DNA of 59,762 bases, the filler included. It is 3 parts of 3 records of this genome, joined end to end, with 100 filler letters (N's around TTAATTAATTAA, not from the genome) between each part and the next. Parts side by side here need not be neighbours in the genome. Positions count along the whole stretch, not along the records: positions 1 to 22,746 come from SRR31156797_7943; 2 more parts are not named here. The stretch is one strand, 5' to 3'. The translations under genes and the position numbers were made by a program. This document shows, one piece after another, positions 1 to 9,890 of this stretch (positions are counted from its first letter, which is position 1; every line of letters begins with the position of its first letter). The notes below the pieces were generated by a model, which was not told the DNA's origin, made no database searches, and worked only from the letters and a program-made list of their open reading frames with translations.

Positions 1-85
1 TAGTTATTCTACAATCAAAATTTTTAACGCTGTTATCGAGCATTTTAGCAAGCTAGGATGAGTAGTTATTGACTACGATTGGTAT
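1..85. repeat. Partial copy of a Vibrio dispersed intergenic (MITE/ERIC-like) repeat at the contig start
   Basis: 60-85 (GAGTAGTTATTGACTACGATTGGTAT) matches the reverse complement of 22721-22746 at 24/26 nt. Non-coding and located at a contig end. Confidence 0.7.
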
Positions 86-197
86 AAACATCATCTGATG
101 CTTTAACAAGCAGTCACTTCTTCATTCTAATCAAGTAATAAGGTCTAAAAGTAGTTGGACTATCGGCGTATTGACTGTTCAAAAATTAAGCTCAACA

Positions 198-249
198 ATA
201 GTAATTGCTGATATAGTAATTACTGATATAGTAATTACTGATATAGTAA
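198..249. repeat. Tandem repeat, about 3.5 copies of 15-bp ATAGTAATTACTGAT
   Basis: Units start at 198 (one mismatch), 213, 228 and 243 (partial). The consensus unit contains the palindrome AGTAATTACT. Confidence 0.9.
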
Positions 250-422
250 ATTATTTAACTCTTTGTAATATTTGCTTTTCCGAGTCAGATAAAGAACAAA
301 AACACCTAAGCAGAGTTACTACCTTGTCCATTTTTTAGCTTCAAGATATCTGACTCAATTCTTTATAGAATTGAGTAATTTGAACTATAACTATAAAAGA
401 ATTAAAGGGACTATCGCTAATC

Positions 423-2483
423 ATGCCTAAAACAAAGAAGATAAACTCTCTTGCATTTAAACAGGCTAAAACCGTATTCCTAGTATCGGTGATACTGGGT
501 CTATGTTTTAGTTGCTATCAAGCAGTGGTTGAACTTCATTTAGAGCAAAGGCGAATAGAAGAAAGCTATCACTTCAAGCTCATGCAAAGCTATACCAATG
601 CCAGCCTTGCCGCTTATCACCTCAACAATGTCCTCGCTAGCCAAGTGGCCACCAGCTTGATGTCTGATCCAGCGATCTACAAAGTCGAGATCATTGATGA
701 TTTTGGCGATACACTGATTGTCAAAGAGCGCCCGACTCCCAAATTAGGCAAGTTCAGAACACTGTTGGCCAACTACTTTACTCCTGATACACCCACTTTC
801 TCGACCGATCTGCACCAACCTGAGTCCAACGTGCTGATAGGAAACCTCAGTTTTTCCGTCGACGGTCATTACCTAGCAACAGGCTTTATTAACAAAACCA
901 CGTATGTCTTACTGTTTGACCTGCTGCGAAATATTCTGCTCACCTGCATACTACTGATCTTTTTTTACCGTAAACTCTCTCGCCCAATTATTTTACTGAA
1001 CATTTGGGTTCGCTCATTAGAGAAAAAGCAGCACATCACACCGCCGCCAATTCCAGAGCAACAAGATGAGATCAGCGAACTGGCCTTTAACTTTCATAAA
1101 TTGTGGAAAGAGAGGGAGAAGGCGGAAATTAAACTCAATCAGCTTGCTTATTATGATGCCCTAACCGGTCTGGCTAACCGCAGTTTACTGTTAAATAAAC
1201 TGTCTGATGCCATCAGCCAAGCCAGTGAAACCAATTCAATCGGTGTGTTGTTCTATTTAGACGTTGACCGCTTTAAAACCATCAACGATTCGCTCGGCCA
1301 TGATATCGGTGACAGCTTGATCCGCTCTATTGCACTACGTATGGAAGCATGGGCAAAAAATGGGTATCTTGCCGCCCGCATTGGTGGTGATGAATTTGCC
1401 ATTCTTAACCCATCAGTCACCGAAGATGAAACCGAAGATGCTGCCCATCAACTACTTGCTTTACTTTCTAACCCATATGCGATTGATGGGCACCAACTTT
1501 ACTGCACCGTCAGTTTAGGGATCAGTACTTTCCCCGAGAACATTAACTCCAACATTGATGTACTGCGTCAGGCTGATACCGCTCTATACAGAGCTAAAGT
1601 TGGTGGACGCAACAATTACGTTTTTTACCGTCCAGAGATGCAGGCTCAGATAGAGTCCTTCTTGACGGTTGAAAAAGGATTGCACGAGGCTTTATCGCTC
1701 GATCAGCTTGAGCTTTATTATCAGCCGCAAGTCGATGTTCATCATAATATCATCGGTGTAGAGGCACTGATTCGCTGGAATCATCCGGACCGAGGACAGC
1801 AGCCTCCTGGCCTCTTTATGCCAATAGCCGAAGAAACTGGCCAGATATTGCAAATTGGTAACTGGATTATTGAACAAGCTTGTTATCAGTATGCACAATG
1901 GAAAAAGTCGGGGTTACTTCCACCACATTTTCGCCGCTTGGCGATTAACATTAGTCCACTACAATTCGCTCAACCCAGCTTTGTGGAATTTATTAATGAC
2001 ACCTTAAAGCAAGCGGGAATTTCGGGTGAGCATATTGAACTGGAAATCACCGAAAGCTTACTGTTAGAAAACGTTGATAGCTGCATTGAAAAAATGGAAC
2101 TCTTAAAAAAGAGCGGGATTAATATTTCGATTGATGACTTTGGTACTGGCTATTCGTCACTGCGTTACCTTAAGCATTTATCTGTCGACATGCTAAAAAT
2201 CGATCGCTCTTTTGTCACTCAACTTCACCTTGATGAAAGTGATCAAGCCATCGTGGATACTATCGTAATGATGGCGAAGAGATTGAACTTGGAAGTAATT
2301 GCCGAAGGCGTTGAAAGCCTCTCTGAACTAAACGCACTGAAAGCACTAGGCTGTGAACAGTTTCAAGGGTATTTGTTTGATAAACCCCTTCCCGTAGACG
2401 AGATTGGATTAAGGTTTCAAAACAACCCATACCTAGCGATTGAGCATACATCAAGCTCAATCAAACTAGGGCAAACTCGTTAG
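423..2483 (+). CDS. Membrane-anchored GGDEF-EAL c-di-GMP cyclase/phosphodiesterase (two TM segments, HAMP-like linker)
   Basis: Motifs YDALTGLANR, ARIGGDEF, VEALIRW and DDFGTGYSS. Two hydrophobic segments flank a periplasmic region. Confidence 0.9.
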   Translation: MPKTKKINSLAFKQAKTVFLVSVILGLCFSCYQAVVELHLEQRRIEESYHFKLMQSYTNASLAAYHLNNVLASQVATSLMSDPAIYKVEIIDDFGDTLIVKERPTPKLGKFRTLLANYFTPDTPTFSTDLHQPESNVLIGNLSFSVDGHYLATGFINKTTYVLLFDLLRNILLTCILLIFFYRKLSRPIILLNIWVRSLEKKQHITPPPIPEQQDEISELAFNFHKLWKEREKAEIKLNQLAYYDALTGLANRSLLLNKLSDAISQASETNSIGVLFYLDVDRFKTINDSLGHDIGDSLIRSIALRMEAWAKNGYLAARIGGDEFAILNPSVTEDETEDAAHQLLALLSNPYAIDGHQLYCTVSLGISTFPENINSNIDVLRQADTALYRAKVGGRNNYVFYRPEMQAQIESFLTVEKGLHEALSLDQLELYYQPQVDVHHNIIGVEALIRWNHPDRGQQPPGLFMPIAEETGQILQIGNWIIEQACYQYAQWKKSGLLPPHFRRLAINISPLQFAQPSFVEFINDTLKQAGISGEHIELEITESLLLENVDSCIEKMELLKKSGINISIDDFGTGYSSLRYLKHLSVDMLKIDRSFVTQLHLDESDQAIVDTIVMMAKRLNLEVIAEGVESLSELNALKALGCEQFQGYLFDKPLPVDEIGLRFQNNPYLAIEHTSSSIKLGQTR

Positions 2484-2926
2484 AAAAAGTAGTAACTCAT
2501 AATGATTGCGTCTTCTTTACCTTTACTGGTCGGGTAATAATCGATGCGGCGATCAATTTCATTGAAGCCCAGCTTTTGGTACAAATCAAAGGCGCGTACA
2601 TTGCTTTCTCTCACTTCGAGCCAAGCACTTTCCGCTTTCTCTTGTTCACACTGATGTAAAAAGAATTCCGCCAACAACTTGCCATAACCGTTGCCTTGCT
2701 CTGCTGGGGAAATCGCAATGTTAAGCAATGACACCTCGCCGACAATATTCTGCGCATAGAAATAGCCAATCACTTGATTCTCTAACAACATTGCAAAGTG
2801 ACAAGCACCGCGACTTGATAGATTGCGGACCATAGACTCTTTCCATGGATGGGTATGTGCCTGCTGCTCTATCTGCCAAACCTGATCCAAATGATCTTCT
2901 GCCAAAGGCAAATACTTTATCGACAT
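2480..2926 (-). CDS. rimI: Ribosomal protein S18 alanine N-acetyltransferase
   Basis: GNAT motifs QGNGYG, WLEVRESN, LYQKLGF and EDAIIM; directly downstream of holD. Confidence 0.93.
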   Translation of the reverse strand: MSIKYLPLAEDHLDQVWQIEQQAHTHPWKESMVRNLSSRGACHFAMLLENQVIGYFYAQNIVGEVSLLNIAISPAEQGNGYGKLLAEFFLHQCEQEKAESAWLEVRESNVRAFDLYQKLGFNEIDRRIDYYPTSKGKEDAIIMSYYFF

Positions 2927-2954
2927 AGGGTGAACCTTAATTATTAAGCTGGAA

Positions 2955-3359
2955 TCAATGGGTTTGATAAGAACAGATTTGCTGCCATAAATCGCGACGA
3001 TGCTGAGTATGGCCTTCGACTTCTGATAACACTGGTGATTGAAGGGTTTTCACACCTTCAATGGTATGACATTCACAACCCGCAAACCAAACCCATTCGA
3101 CAGAGCTAAGGTCAAGGTTAGCCAGATTATGAGGAAATGCATGCTGGGCTTGTTCAAGTGTCACATGAAAACTTTTTAACACCCGCTCGAACAAAACAAC
3201 CTCAGTGGCTGTCGGATAACTGGCACTTATCAACAATAATTTACAGCGACCATCAATCGTCGTTTTTTGGGCCTGATAACCCTGCAAGCGCTCTGGGTGA
3301 GTTAACTCCCAACTCTGAATTCCCATCGCTTGTAAAAATTGTTGTTCTCGGTTTGACAT
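2955..3359 (-). CDS. holD: DNA polymerase III psi subunit
   Basis: N-terminal LQAMGIQSWELTHP and C-terminal RRDLWQQI; holD-rimI synteny. Confidence 0.9.
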   Translation of the reverse strand: MSNREQQFLQAMGIQSWELTHPERLQGYQAQKTTIDGRCKLLLISASYPTATEVVLFERVLKSFHVTLEQAQHAFPHNLANLDLSSVEWVWFAGCECHTIEGVKTLQSPVLSEVEGHTQHRRDLWQQICSYQTH

Positions 3360-3437
3360 CGTTATCTAAGGTCTGCTGGGGTTGAAGTAAATAGGGCTAA
3401 GCATTGAATGCTAACAAACTTCAACTCATGGTGTAAC

Positions 3438-3463
3438 AAAAAAGGAGCCATACGGCCCCTTTT
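3438..3463 (-). terminator. Probable intrinsic terminator after the GNAT gene
   Basis: AAAAAAGGAGCC-ATAC-GGCCCCTTTT hairpin with a U-tract on the minus strand. Confidence 0.55.
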
Positions 3464-3478
3464 AGATCAACAAAGTGT

Positions 3479-3985
3479 TTAATCAAAAACATCAAACTCA
3501 GAGCAATACTCAATTAACCCTTGACGGTTATCAAGTTCATTTTCCCATAGGGCAAGGATTTGGAAGGCTTCTGCAGGGACTTCCCATTTGCATCGGAACC
3601 CGTATTTATCTGCCGATTCAAAACCAAATCGCTGATAATATTTCGGATCGCCCAGTACCACACAGGCAGGGTAACCCAGTTCACCCAGTGAACTTAATCC
3701 TTCGTTAACTAAATCAGCACCAATTCCTTGGTTACGATATCCCTCTTTAACAGCCAACGGCGCTAAACCTTGCCAGTTAAGATGTTCACCTTCCAATGAG
3801 ATCGGGCTGAATATGGCAAAGCCCACGATTTCACCATCATCTTCACAGGCCACGAGAGATAAGGTTCGATTCCCATTCTCACGTAGGGACATCACCAAGT
3901 TCGCTTCAGCTTCTGTTTCAAAGACCGATTTTAATAATTGGTCAACAACAAGGATATCGGCTGGAGCTTCAGTTCGAATAAGCAT
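3479..3985 (-). CDS. yhbS: YhbS-like GNAT acetyltransferase
   Basis: Motifs LAPLAV...RNQGIG and VVLGDPKYYQRFGF; downstream of ubiT as in enterobacteria. Confidence 0.8.
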   Translation of the reverse strand: MLIRTEAPADILVVDQLLKSVFETEAEANLVMSLRENGNRTLSLVACEDDGEIVGFAIFSPISLEGEHLNWQGLAPLAVKEGYRNQGIGADLVNEGLSSLGELGYPACVVLGDPKYYQRFGFESADKYGFRCKWEVPAEAFQILALWENELDNRQGLIEYCSEFDVFD

Positions 3986-4496
3986 TCATTACCTCTTTGT
4001 GCGCGTTAGGTGCTTGCATGCCTTTATGCACAAAATCCGCCAATTGGTGAAGTAAAATTTGTAAAGCCTTCGGTAATTGTTCCAAATCCACACTGTCCAT
4101 CAAGTTTTTAACCTCTAATCCCAGTTCAGTATCACCCTGAATAGAGAGACGACGTTGGAAAAACAGTGTATCCGGATCTTCTTTACGGCCCGCAATCAAA
4201 ATTAAATCGTTCAGCGTTCCGCTAAAGCTGACATCTTCATCTTTGATGTTATCAGCGACAACTAACTTATCGTCTTCATAACTGATATACCAACACAGGT
4301 TCATATCACTAATTTCAACTTTCAGCCATTTGTCTTCTAGGAACTCAAAGTCACCGTCATCCAGTGCTTCATGAAAGACCATTTCCAAGCCATCGAGTAA
4401 GGCTTTTTTTTGCACAAACTTAGGCAATAACTGGACTGGAGATCTCAAAATTGATGCTGCATTTTGAACTAGTTGAGTACGAATGTTGTTAATCAC
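3969..4496 (-). CDS. ubiT: SCP2-domain anaerobic ubiquinone biosynthesis accessory factor
   Basis: RKEDPDTLFFQRRLSIQGDTELGLEVKNLMD signature. Confidence 0.92.
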   Translation of the reverse strand: MINNIRTQLVQNAASILRSPVQLLPKFVQKKALLDGLEMVFHEALDDGDFEFLEDKWLKVEISDMNLCWYISYEDDKLVVADNIKDEDVSFSGTLNDLILIAGRKEDPDTLFFQRRLSIQGDTELGLEVKNLMDSVDLEQLPKALQILLHQLADFVHKGMQAPNAHKEVMNAYSN

Positions 4497-4559
4497 GCCT
4501 TTTATCCGTTACCTTTGACTGAGAATGACTCATCATACGAGATGTAATAGTGCCGAACC

Positions 4560-4573
4560 CTGTTATGCATCAA
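4560..4573. promoter_or_regulatory. FNR-like box upstream of ubiT
   Basis: Minus strand reads TTGATGCATAACAG versus consensus TTGAT-N4-ATCAA. ubiTUV are FNR-controlled in E. coli. Confidence 0.5.
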
Positions 4574-4693
4574 GAAAATGTGCAACACGGAGAAGCTTTT
4601 CTAACCGTGAAATCAACGTTATAGTTAGCACGTAGTGATCCAATTATCTCAACCCGAACAATTAAGCGCTTAATCACAGTTGGTAGTATCTGA

Positions 4694-6754
4694 ATGTCGT
4701 CGCAAATGCCTTCGCAACATTTACAGCACTGGTTCGCAAAAATAACGTCTAACAGTCCGTTCTTTTTTGCCGTTTTAGATAACCAACATAGTTATGTAAT
4801 GGTTAACGAAAGGTATTGTGATATTTCCGGCTTAACCGCCAACGAGTTAGTCGGGATGAATGATAGCCAAATTCTCGGCGAAAAGTTTTACAACCACCTC
4901 AAAGATTACTATCAACGCGCATTAGGTGGTGAGACCATCGAAGCGGAAATGACGCTCCATGATATCGACTTGGAAATGAGCCTTCACTTCTCTCTCTCCC
5001 CCATTTTCAACGATAAAAAAGAAGTCGATTACGTCATCTTCCACGCCATAGACACCTCAGAAAAACAAATTCTAATTCGGTCACTTGAAGATTCAGAAAA
5101 CAAATTCTCAACCTTAACCACTTTGCTTCCTGATGGGTTACTTTTGGTTGAAGATGACATTATTATTTCTGCCAACCCAGCAGCTGCGCGTTTGCTCGGG
5201 TTCGATTCAACCTCTGACCTGCTTGATGAAGAGCTGTCTCGCCTGTTTGTGGATGAAAAGACCAAATCGGTATTTAAAACCAAACTGGGTGACTTGCTTA
5301 CCGAGACCCCACTTGTTTGCTTAACCGGCCCACGCTGTGGTTTTGAAAGAAGTGTTCAGCTACATGCTGGGACAACACAGATTCTCGGTAGCAACTCGCA
5401 ACTGGTGTTAATCCAAGATGGTAATCATGCGACTAAGCAACTGTCTGCCACCAGTCAAACCGACATTCATGTGGATTCACTCACAGGCTTATACAACCGC
5501 TTAGGTTTCACAAAGCGCCTAGAGCACTTTATTCAAAATGAAACCCCGCTGGTTATGCTCTATTTAGACATTGATAACTTTAAGAACATCAATGACTCTT
5601 TAGGGCATCACATCGGTGATAAAGTCATTCAAGAAGTCTCTTCTCGCCTAAAGCGTTTATTACCTGATCAAGCAATTTTAGGGCATCTAGGTGGCGATGA
5701 GTTCGGACTCATTCTTCCAGAACCTGAACATAATCGCTCTGCTGAAATGCTGGCGGAAAGAATTATCTCATTGATCAATCAGCCTTTTGATCTTCACCAC
5801 TTCAGTAAACGCCTGGCCTGCTCTATCGGTAGCGTGCAATATCCCGGTGACGGCAATGATGCACGTATCCTGTTGCAAAATGCCGATACTGCCATGTACG
5901 AAGCGAAAGACCGTGGCCGTAACCGTTTGATTCAGTTCCACGATCAAATGAACAAAGAAGCGCGAATGCGTTTATGGCTGGAAATTGAGCTACAAAAGGC
6001 ATTGCAGCAAAACGGCTTAGAAGTTTGGTATCAACCTAAGGTTAATGCCCGTGATTTTAGTATCAACGGTGCCGAAGCGCTGGTTCGCTGGAAACACCCA
6101 GTAGAAGGTTATATTAGCCCTGCGGCTTTCATTCCTGTGGCAGAAAAAGCGGGTCTGATTGAACACCTTGGTCGAGTGGTCATGCGTGATGTCTTTTCCA
6201 CGGTTAAACGTTGGAAACAACAAGGTATTTTACCGGGTCGTGTTGCTATCAATATTTCGCCAGAGCAATTTGGCAACCCTCAACTGGTTGATTATCTTGA
6301 AAAGTTATTGAGAACCACCTCACTTGATCCAAGCTGTATCACGTTCGAACTGACAGAAAGTGCTGTAATGAGCGATAGTGAACATACGTTGCAAATGCTC
6401 AAAGCGATTAAAAGGCTTGGCTTCAATCTATCGATCGATGACTTCGGTACAGGCTATTCATCGCTAGCCTATTTGGCTCGTTTCCCAATTGATGAATTAA
6501 AGATAGACCGCGCATTCATTACTGATATTGATACTTTGCCAAAGCAGATCACCGTTATCGAAAATATTATCAACTTAGGTAAATCACTCAATTTAACCGT
6601 GGTGGCCGAAGGTGTCGAAACACAACAGCAAGCCACGCTGCTATCAAACCTCAACTGTAACTCGATTCAAGGGTTCCATTTCCATCGACCTCAACCAAAA
6701 CATGAAGTTGAAGAACTGTTTGCCAAGCACAGACGTCACCGTAAATCACTGTAA
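4694..6754 (+). CDS. Cytoplasmic PAS-PAS-GGDEF-EAL protein (probably the V. cholerae RocS-type locus, from recalled synteny)
   Basis: Two PAS-like regions, then LGGDEF, AEALVRW and DDFGTGYSS; no TM segments. Confidence 0.88.
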   Translation: MSSQMPSQHLQHWFAKITSNSPFFFAVLDNQHSYVMVNERYCDISGLTANELVGMNDSQILGEKFYNHLKDYYQRALGGETIEAEMTLHDIDLEMSLHFSLSPIFNDKKEVDYVIFHAIDTSEKQILIRSLEDSENKFSTLTTLLPDGLLLVEDDIIISANPAAARLLGFDSTSDLLDEELSRLFVDEKTKSVFKTKLGDLLTETPLVCLTGPRCGFERSVQLHAGTTQILGSNSQLVLIQDGNHATKQLSATSQTDIHVDSLTGLYNRLGFTKRLEHFIQNETPLVMLYLDIDNFKNINDSLGHHIGDKVIQEVSSRLKRLLPDQAILGHLGGDEFGLILPEPEHNRSAEMLAERIISLINQPFDLHHFSKRLACSIGSVQYPGDGNDARILLQNADTAMYEAKDRGRNRLIQFHDQMNKEARMRLWLEIELQKALQQNGLEVWYQPKVNARDFSINGAEALVRWKHPVEGYISPAAFIPVAEKAGLIEHLGRVVMRDVFSTVKRWKQQGILPGRVAINISPEQFGNPQLVDYLEKLLRTTSLDPSCITFELTESAVMSDSEHTLQMLKAIKRLGFNLSIDDFGTGYSSLAYLARFPIDELKIDRAFITDIDTLPKQITVIENIINLGKSLNLTVVAEGVETQQQATLLSNLNCNSIQGFHFHRPQPKHEVEELFAKHRRHRKSL

Positions 6755-6778
6755 GTATCAGCCTTAATTTATCGAAAC

Positions 6779-6792
6779 CTGCCTTACATCAA
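6779..6792. promoter_or_regulatory. FNR-like box upstream of ubiU
   Basis: CTGCCTTACATCAA (reverse complement TTGATGTAAGGCAG), ending about 63 nt before the ubiU start. Confidence 0.55.
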
Positions 6793-6855
6793 TTCCAGCC
6801 CCCTTCTTTATTAATAAAATATGGCTACTTTTTCATAACAAATAGTAACCGAGCA

Positions 6856-7869
6856 ATGGAACTTCTCTGTCCTGCAGGCAATCTACCTGCACTTAAAACT
6901 GCCATTGATTGTGGCGCAGATGCCGTGTACATCGGCTTCAAAGATGACACGAATGCTCGTCATTTTGCTGGATTGAACTTCACAGGCAAAAAACTCACTA
7001 AAGCGGTTCAATATACTCATGATCATGGGAAAAAGATTCATGTTGCTCTAAACACATTTGCTCAGCCAAGTGGCTTCGAGCGTTGGACCAACGCCGTCGA
7101 CGAGGCGGCTAGCCTTGGTGTCGATGCTCTTATCATAGCCGATCCAGCCATTCTCGAATATGCAGCGAATAAGTACCCAAATTTGGAACTTCACTTATCA
7201 GTACAAGCCTCTGCAACTAACGCCAAGGCGGTGGAGTTCTACCATCAAAACTTCAATGTGAAGCGTGTTGTACTTCCTCGCGTTCTTTCTATCCATCAAG
7301 TTAAACAGTTATCGCGCAATATTCCTGAAGGCGTTGAGTTGGAAGTTTTTGCTTTCGGCAGCTTGTGTATTATGTCTGAGGGCCGTTGTTACTTGTCTTC
7401 ATACATGACGGGTGAATCACCGAACACCGTGGGTGCGTGTTCTCCGGCTAAATACGTTCGTTGGCAGGAAACCGAGTCCGGTTTGGAATCCCGTTTAAAT
7501 GAAATTCTCATTGATCGATATGCCATGGGCGAGAACGCTGGTTACCCTACGCTATGCAAAGGTCGTTTTACGACCGAGCTGGATGGTGAGAAAAAGTGCT
7601 ACCACGCTTTAGAAGAACCGACCAGCCTGAATACTCTGTCTCTTCTGCCTGAGCTATTCGCGGCAAACGTTGCCTCAGTCAAGATTGAAGGTCGTCAACG
7701 CAGCCCGGCTTATGTAGAACAAGTGACTCGCACATGGCGCGCAGCCATTGATCGTTACTTAGCGAATCCAGAGAACTATCACGTTGAGAGTGCTTGGGAT
7801 GCCGCATTAGCGAACGTTTCAGAAGGTACACAAACCACTTTGGGTGCTTACCACCGCAAGTGGCAATAA
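6856..7869 (+). CDS. ubiU: U32-family anaerobic ubiquinone biosynthesis protein UbiU
   Basis: MELLCPAGNL start, Fe-S cysteines in CIMSEGRC...GAC...LCKG, KIEGRQRS, and TTLGAYHRKWQ end. Confidence 0.95.
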   Translation: MELLCPAGNLPALKTAIDCGADAVYIGFKDDTNARHFAGLNFTGKKLTKAVQYTHDHGKKIHVALNTFAQPSGFERWTNAVDEAASLGVDALIIADPAILEYAANKYPNLELHLSVQASATNAKAVEFYHQNFNVKRVVLPRVLSIHQVKQLSRNIPEGVELEVFAFGSLCIMSEGRCYLSSYMTGESPNTVGACSPAKYVRWQETESGLESRLNEILIDRYAMGENAGYPTLCKGRFTTELDGEKKCYHALEEPTSLNTLSLLPELFAANVASVKIEGRQRSPAYVEQVTRTWRAAIDRYLANPENYHVESAWDAALANVSEGTQTTLGAYHRKWQ

Positions 7870-7885
7870 AAGCAGAGGAGAAATC

Positions 7886-8764
7886 ATGAAATACGCATTA
7901 GGTCCACTTCTCTACTTTTGGCCCAAACAAGATGTAGAGAGTTTTTACCAACAAGCGAAAGAGAGCAGTGCTGATATCATTTATCTAGGTGAGACCGTCT
8001 GCTCAAAACGTCGAGAGATGAAACCGCAGCACTGGTTTGATATTGCCAAAGAGCTTTCTTCCGTCGGTAAGCAAGTGGTGCTTTCCACTATGGCTCTGTT
8101 TGAAGCTCCGAGTGAAATCAATGTACTTAAAAAGTATATCGATAATGGGGATTTCGCCATCGAAGCTAACGATGTTTCTGCGATTCAAATGGCCCATGAA
8201 AAAGGTATTCCATTTATCGTTGGTCCAGCGGTAAACACCTACAACGCCCACACGCTCAATATTTTCCTTAAACAAGGTATGACGCGTTGGTGTATGCCAG
8301 TCGAACTTTCACGAGAGTGGCTAAGCAATGTACTGAACCAGTGTGAAGGGTTAGGTATACGCGATAAATTTGAGGTGGAAGTGTTTAGCCATGGATATCT
8401 CCCTCTGGCTTATTCTGCTCGCTGTTTTACCGCCCGAGCAGAAAACAAAGCCAAAGATGACTGTCAGACTTGTTGCATCAAATATCCAACGGGTATTCAA
8501 GTTCACAGTCAGGAAGGACAATCGGTGTTTAACCTAAACGGCATTCAAACCCAATCGGGTTACTGCTATAACCTGCTTAACGATTTACCCAGCATGGAAG
8601 GATTGGTTGATGTGGTGCGCTTAAGCCCATTAGGAGTGGAAACATTCCACCATCTTGACCAGTTTAAGCACAATGAACATGGTTCAAATCCAATCAAATT
8701 AGAAAGCCAGCAATGTAATGGCTACTGGCATCAATTGGCAGGGATCGAAGTTAAAAACGTTTAA
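7886..8764 (+). CDS. ubiV: U32-family UbiV
   Basis: Start MKYALGP after the SD GAGGAG; motifs YLGETVCSKR, PLAYSARCFTAR and NGIQTQS. Confidence 0.93.
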   Translation: MKYALGPLLYFWPKQDVESFYQQAKESSADIIYLGETVCSKRREMKPQHWFDIAKELSSVGKQVVLSTMALFEAPSEINVLKKYIDNGDFAIEANDVSAIQMAHEKGIPFIVGPAVNTYNAHTLNIFLKQGMTRWCMPVELSREWLSNVLNQCEGLGIRDKFEVEVFSHGYLPLAYSARCFTARAENKAKDDCQTCCIKYPTGIQVHSQEGQSVFNLNGIQTQSGYCYNLLNDLPSMEGLVDVVRLSPLGVETFHHLDQFKHNEHGSNPIKLESQQCNGYWHQLAGIEVKNV

Positions 8765-8774
8765 TCTTCTGCCA

Positions 8775-8802
8775 TAAAAAAGCGAGGTCATGACCTCGCT
8801 TT
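8775..8802. terminator. Bidirectional terminator between ubiV and serB
   Basis: AAAGCGAGGTCATGACCTCGCTTT palindrome between convergent genes. Confidence 0.8.
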
Positions 8803-8809
8803 GTTCATG

Positions 8810-9790
8810 TTACGGCTTTGTTTTCCAGCTGAGCTTTTGCTGCTTAACTAAGCCCGCAGACAGAATACATAACACACCACCTAACCCGATAAAACGCACC
8901 GCGGTTTGAGCTTGCTGCTCAACTTTAGGTTTAGCGTGAAAAGCTACGCCCAATCCAGCAGCATCCATCATAACCAGATCGTTCGCTCCATCACCAACGG
9001 CAACCGTATTGTGCATTTCGATATCAAACTGGGTCGCCAGTTCCTCAACGATATTTGATTTAGTTTGCGCGGTAACAACATCACCCAGCACGTTTCCGGT
9101 TAGCTTACCATTGACGATTTCTAGCGTGTTAGACTGAGCATGATCTAAGTTCAGCTCTTGCTTTAAATAGTCAGAAAAATAGGTAAAGCCGCCTGAAGCA
9201 ATCGCGGTTTTCCAACCTAATGCTTGTAGCGTACTGACTAACTCTCGCAGATCTTCCATCATGGGCAACGTCGAACGGACCGATTCTAAAATTGACTCAT
9301 CCGCCCCTGTTAGTTTACCGACTCGCTGACGTAGACTCTGTTCAAAATCCAGTTCTCCTTGCATTGCTCGCTCTGTCACTTCAGAAACTTCGTCACCAAC
9401 ACCTGCAAGCTTGGCAATTTCATCGATACATTCAATTTCGATTGCGGTTGAATCCATATCCATCACAATCAAACCTGGCTTAGACAAATCAGGCACTTCA
9501 CTAATTAATGCGTAATCTAATTTCAAACTCTGTAGTGCATGCTCATGATGTTGCGTGAGTTCTCCAGCCATTAAAGCAACTTCATACTTTCCCACCTTCC
9601 AAGCATCAAGGATAGTATTGTATTGGCCAGTATAAGTATCGAGTTGATCAAAGTGCTGAGGCGACAAATAAGGCCCAAACACAATCCAGTTAGCTCTATT
9701 TTTCTCTAACTGCGTTGATAAACGGATTTCAGGCAACTTGTTCATCAGTTGAGTATGTTTTTTAATCGATAGCATTCTAGAAGCGTCCAT
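8810..9790 (-). CDS. serB: Phosphoserine phosphatase
   Basis: HAD motifs DMDST, ASGGF and GDGANDL; AFHAKP. Confidence 0.95.
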   Translation of the reverse strand: MDASRMLSIKKHTQLMNKLPEIRLSTQLEKNRANWIVFGPYLSPQHFDQLDTYTGQYNTILDAWKVGKYEVALMAGELTQHHEHALQSLKLDYALISEVPDLSKPGLIVMDMDSTAIEIECIDEIAKLAGVGDEVSEVTERAMQGELDFEQSLRQRVGKLTGADESILESVRSTLPMMEDLRELVSTLQALGWKTAIASGGFTYFSDYLKQELNLDHAQSNTLEIVNGKLTGNVLGDVVTAQTKSNIVEELATQFDIEMHNTVAVGDGANDLVMMDAAGLGVAFHAKPKVEQQAQTAVRFIGLGGVLCILSAGLVKQQKLSWKTKP

Positions 9791-9890
9791 GTCTACATTT
9801 CTATTGGTATAGCCTGACGTTAACCTATTGCAATTTAGAAACGCAAGTCTAATATGGACAAAGTCTCATTTTCTTTAGGTTTAGAGTGTT

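Noticed and set aside
198-249. 15-bp repeats as a CRISPR array
   Set aside because: Head-to-tail units with no spacers.
7844-7885. Longer GTG start for ubiV
   Set aside because: It overlaps ubiU. ATG at 7886 has a strong SD and gives the typical MKYALG start.
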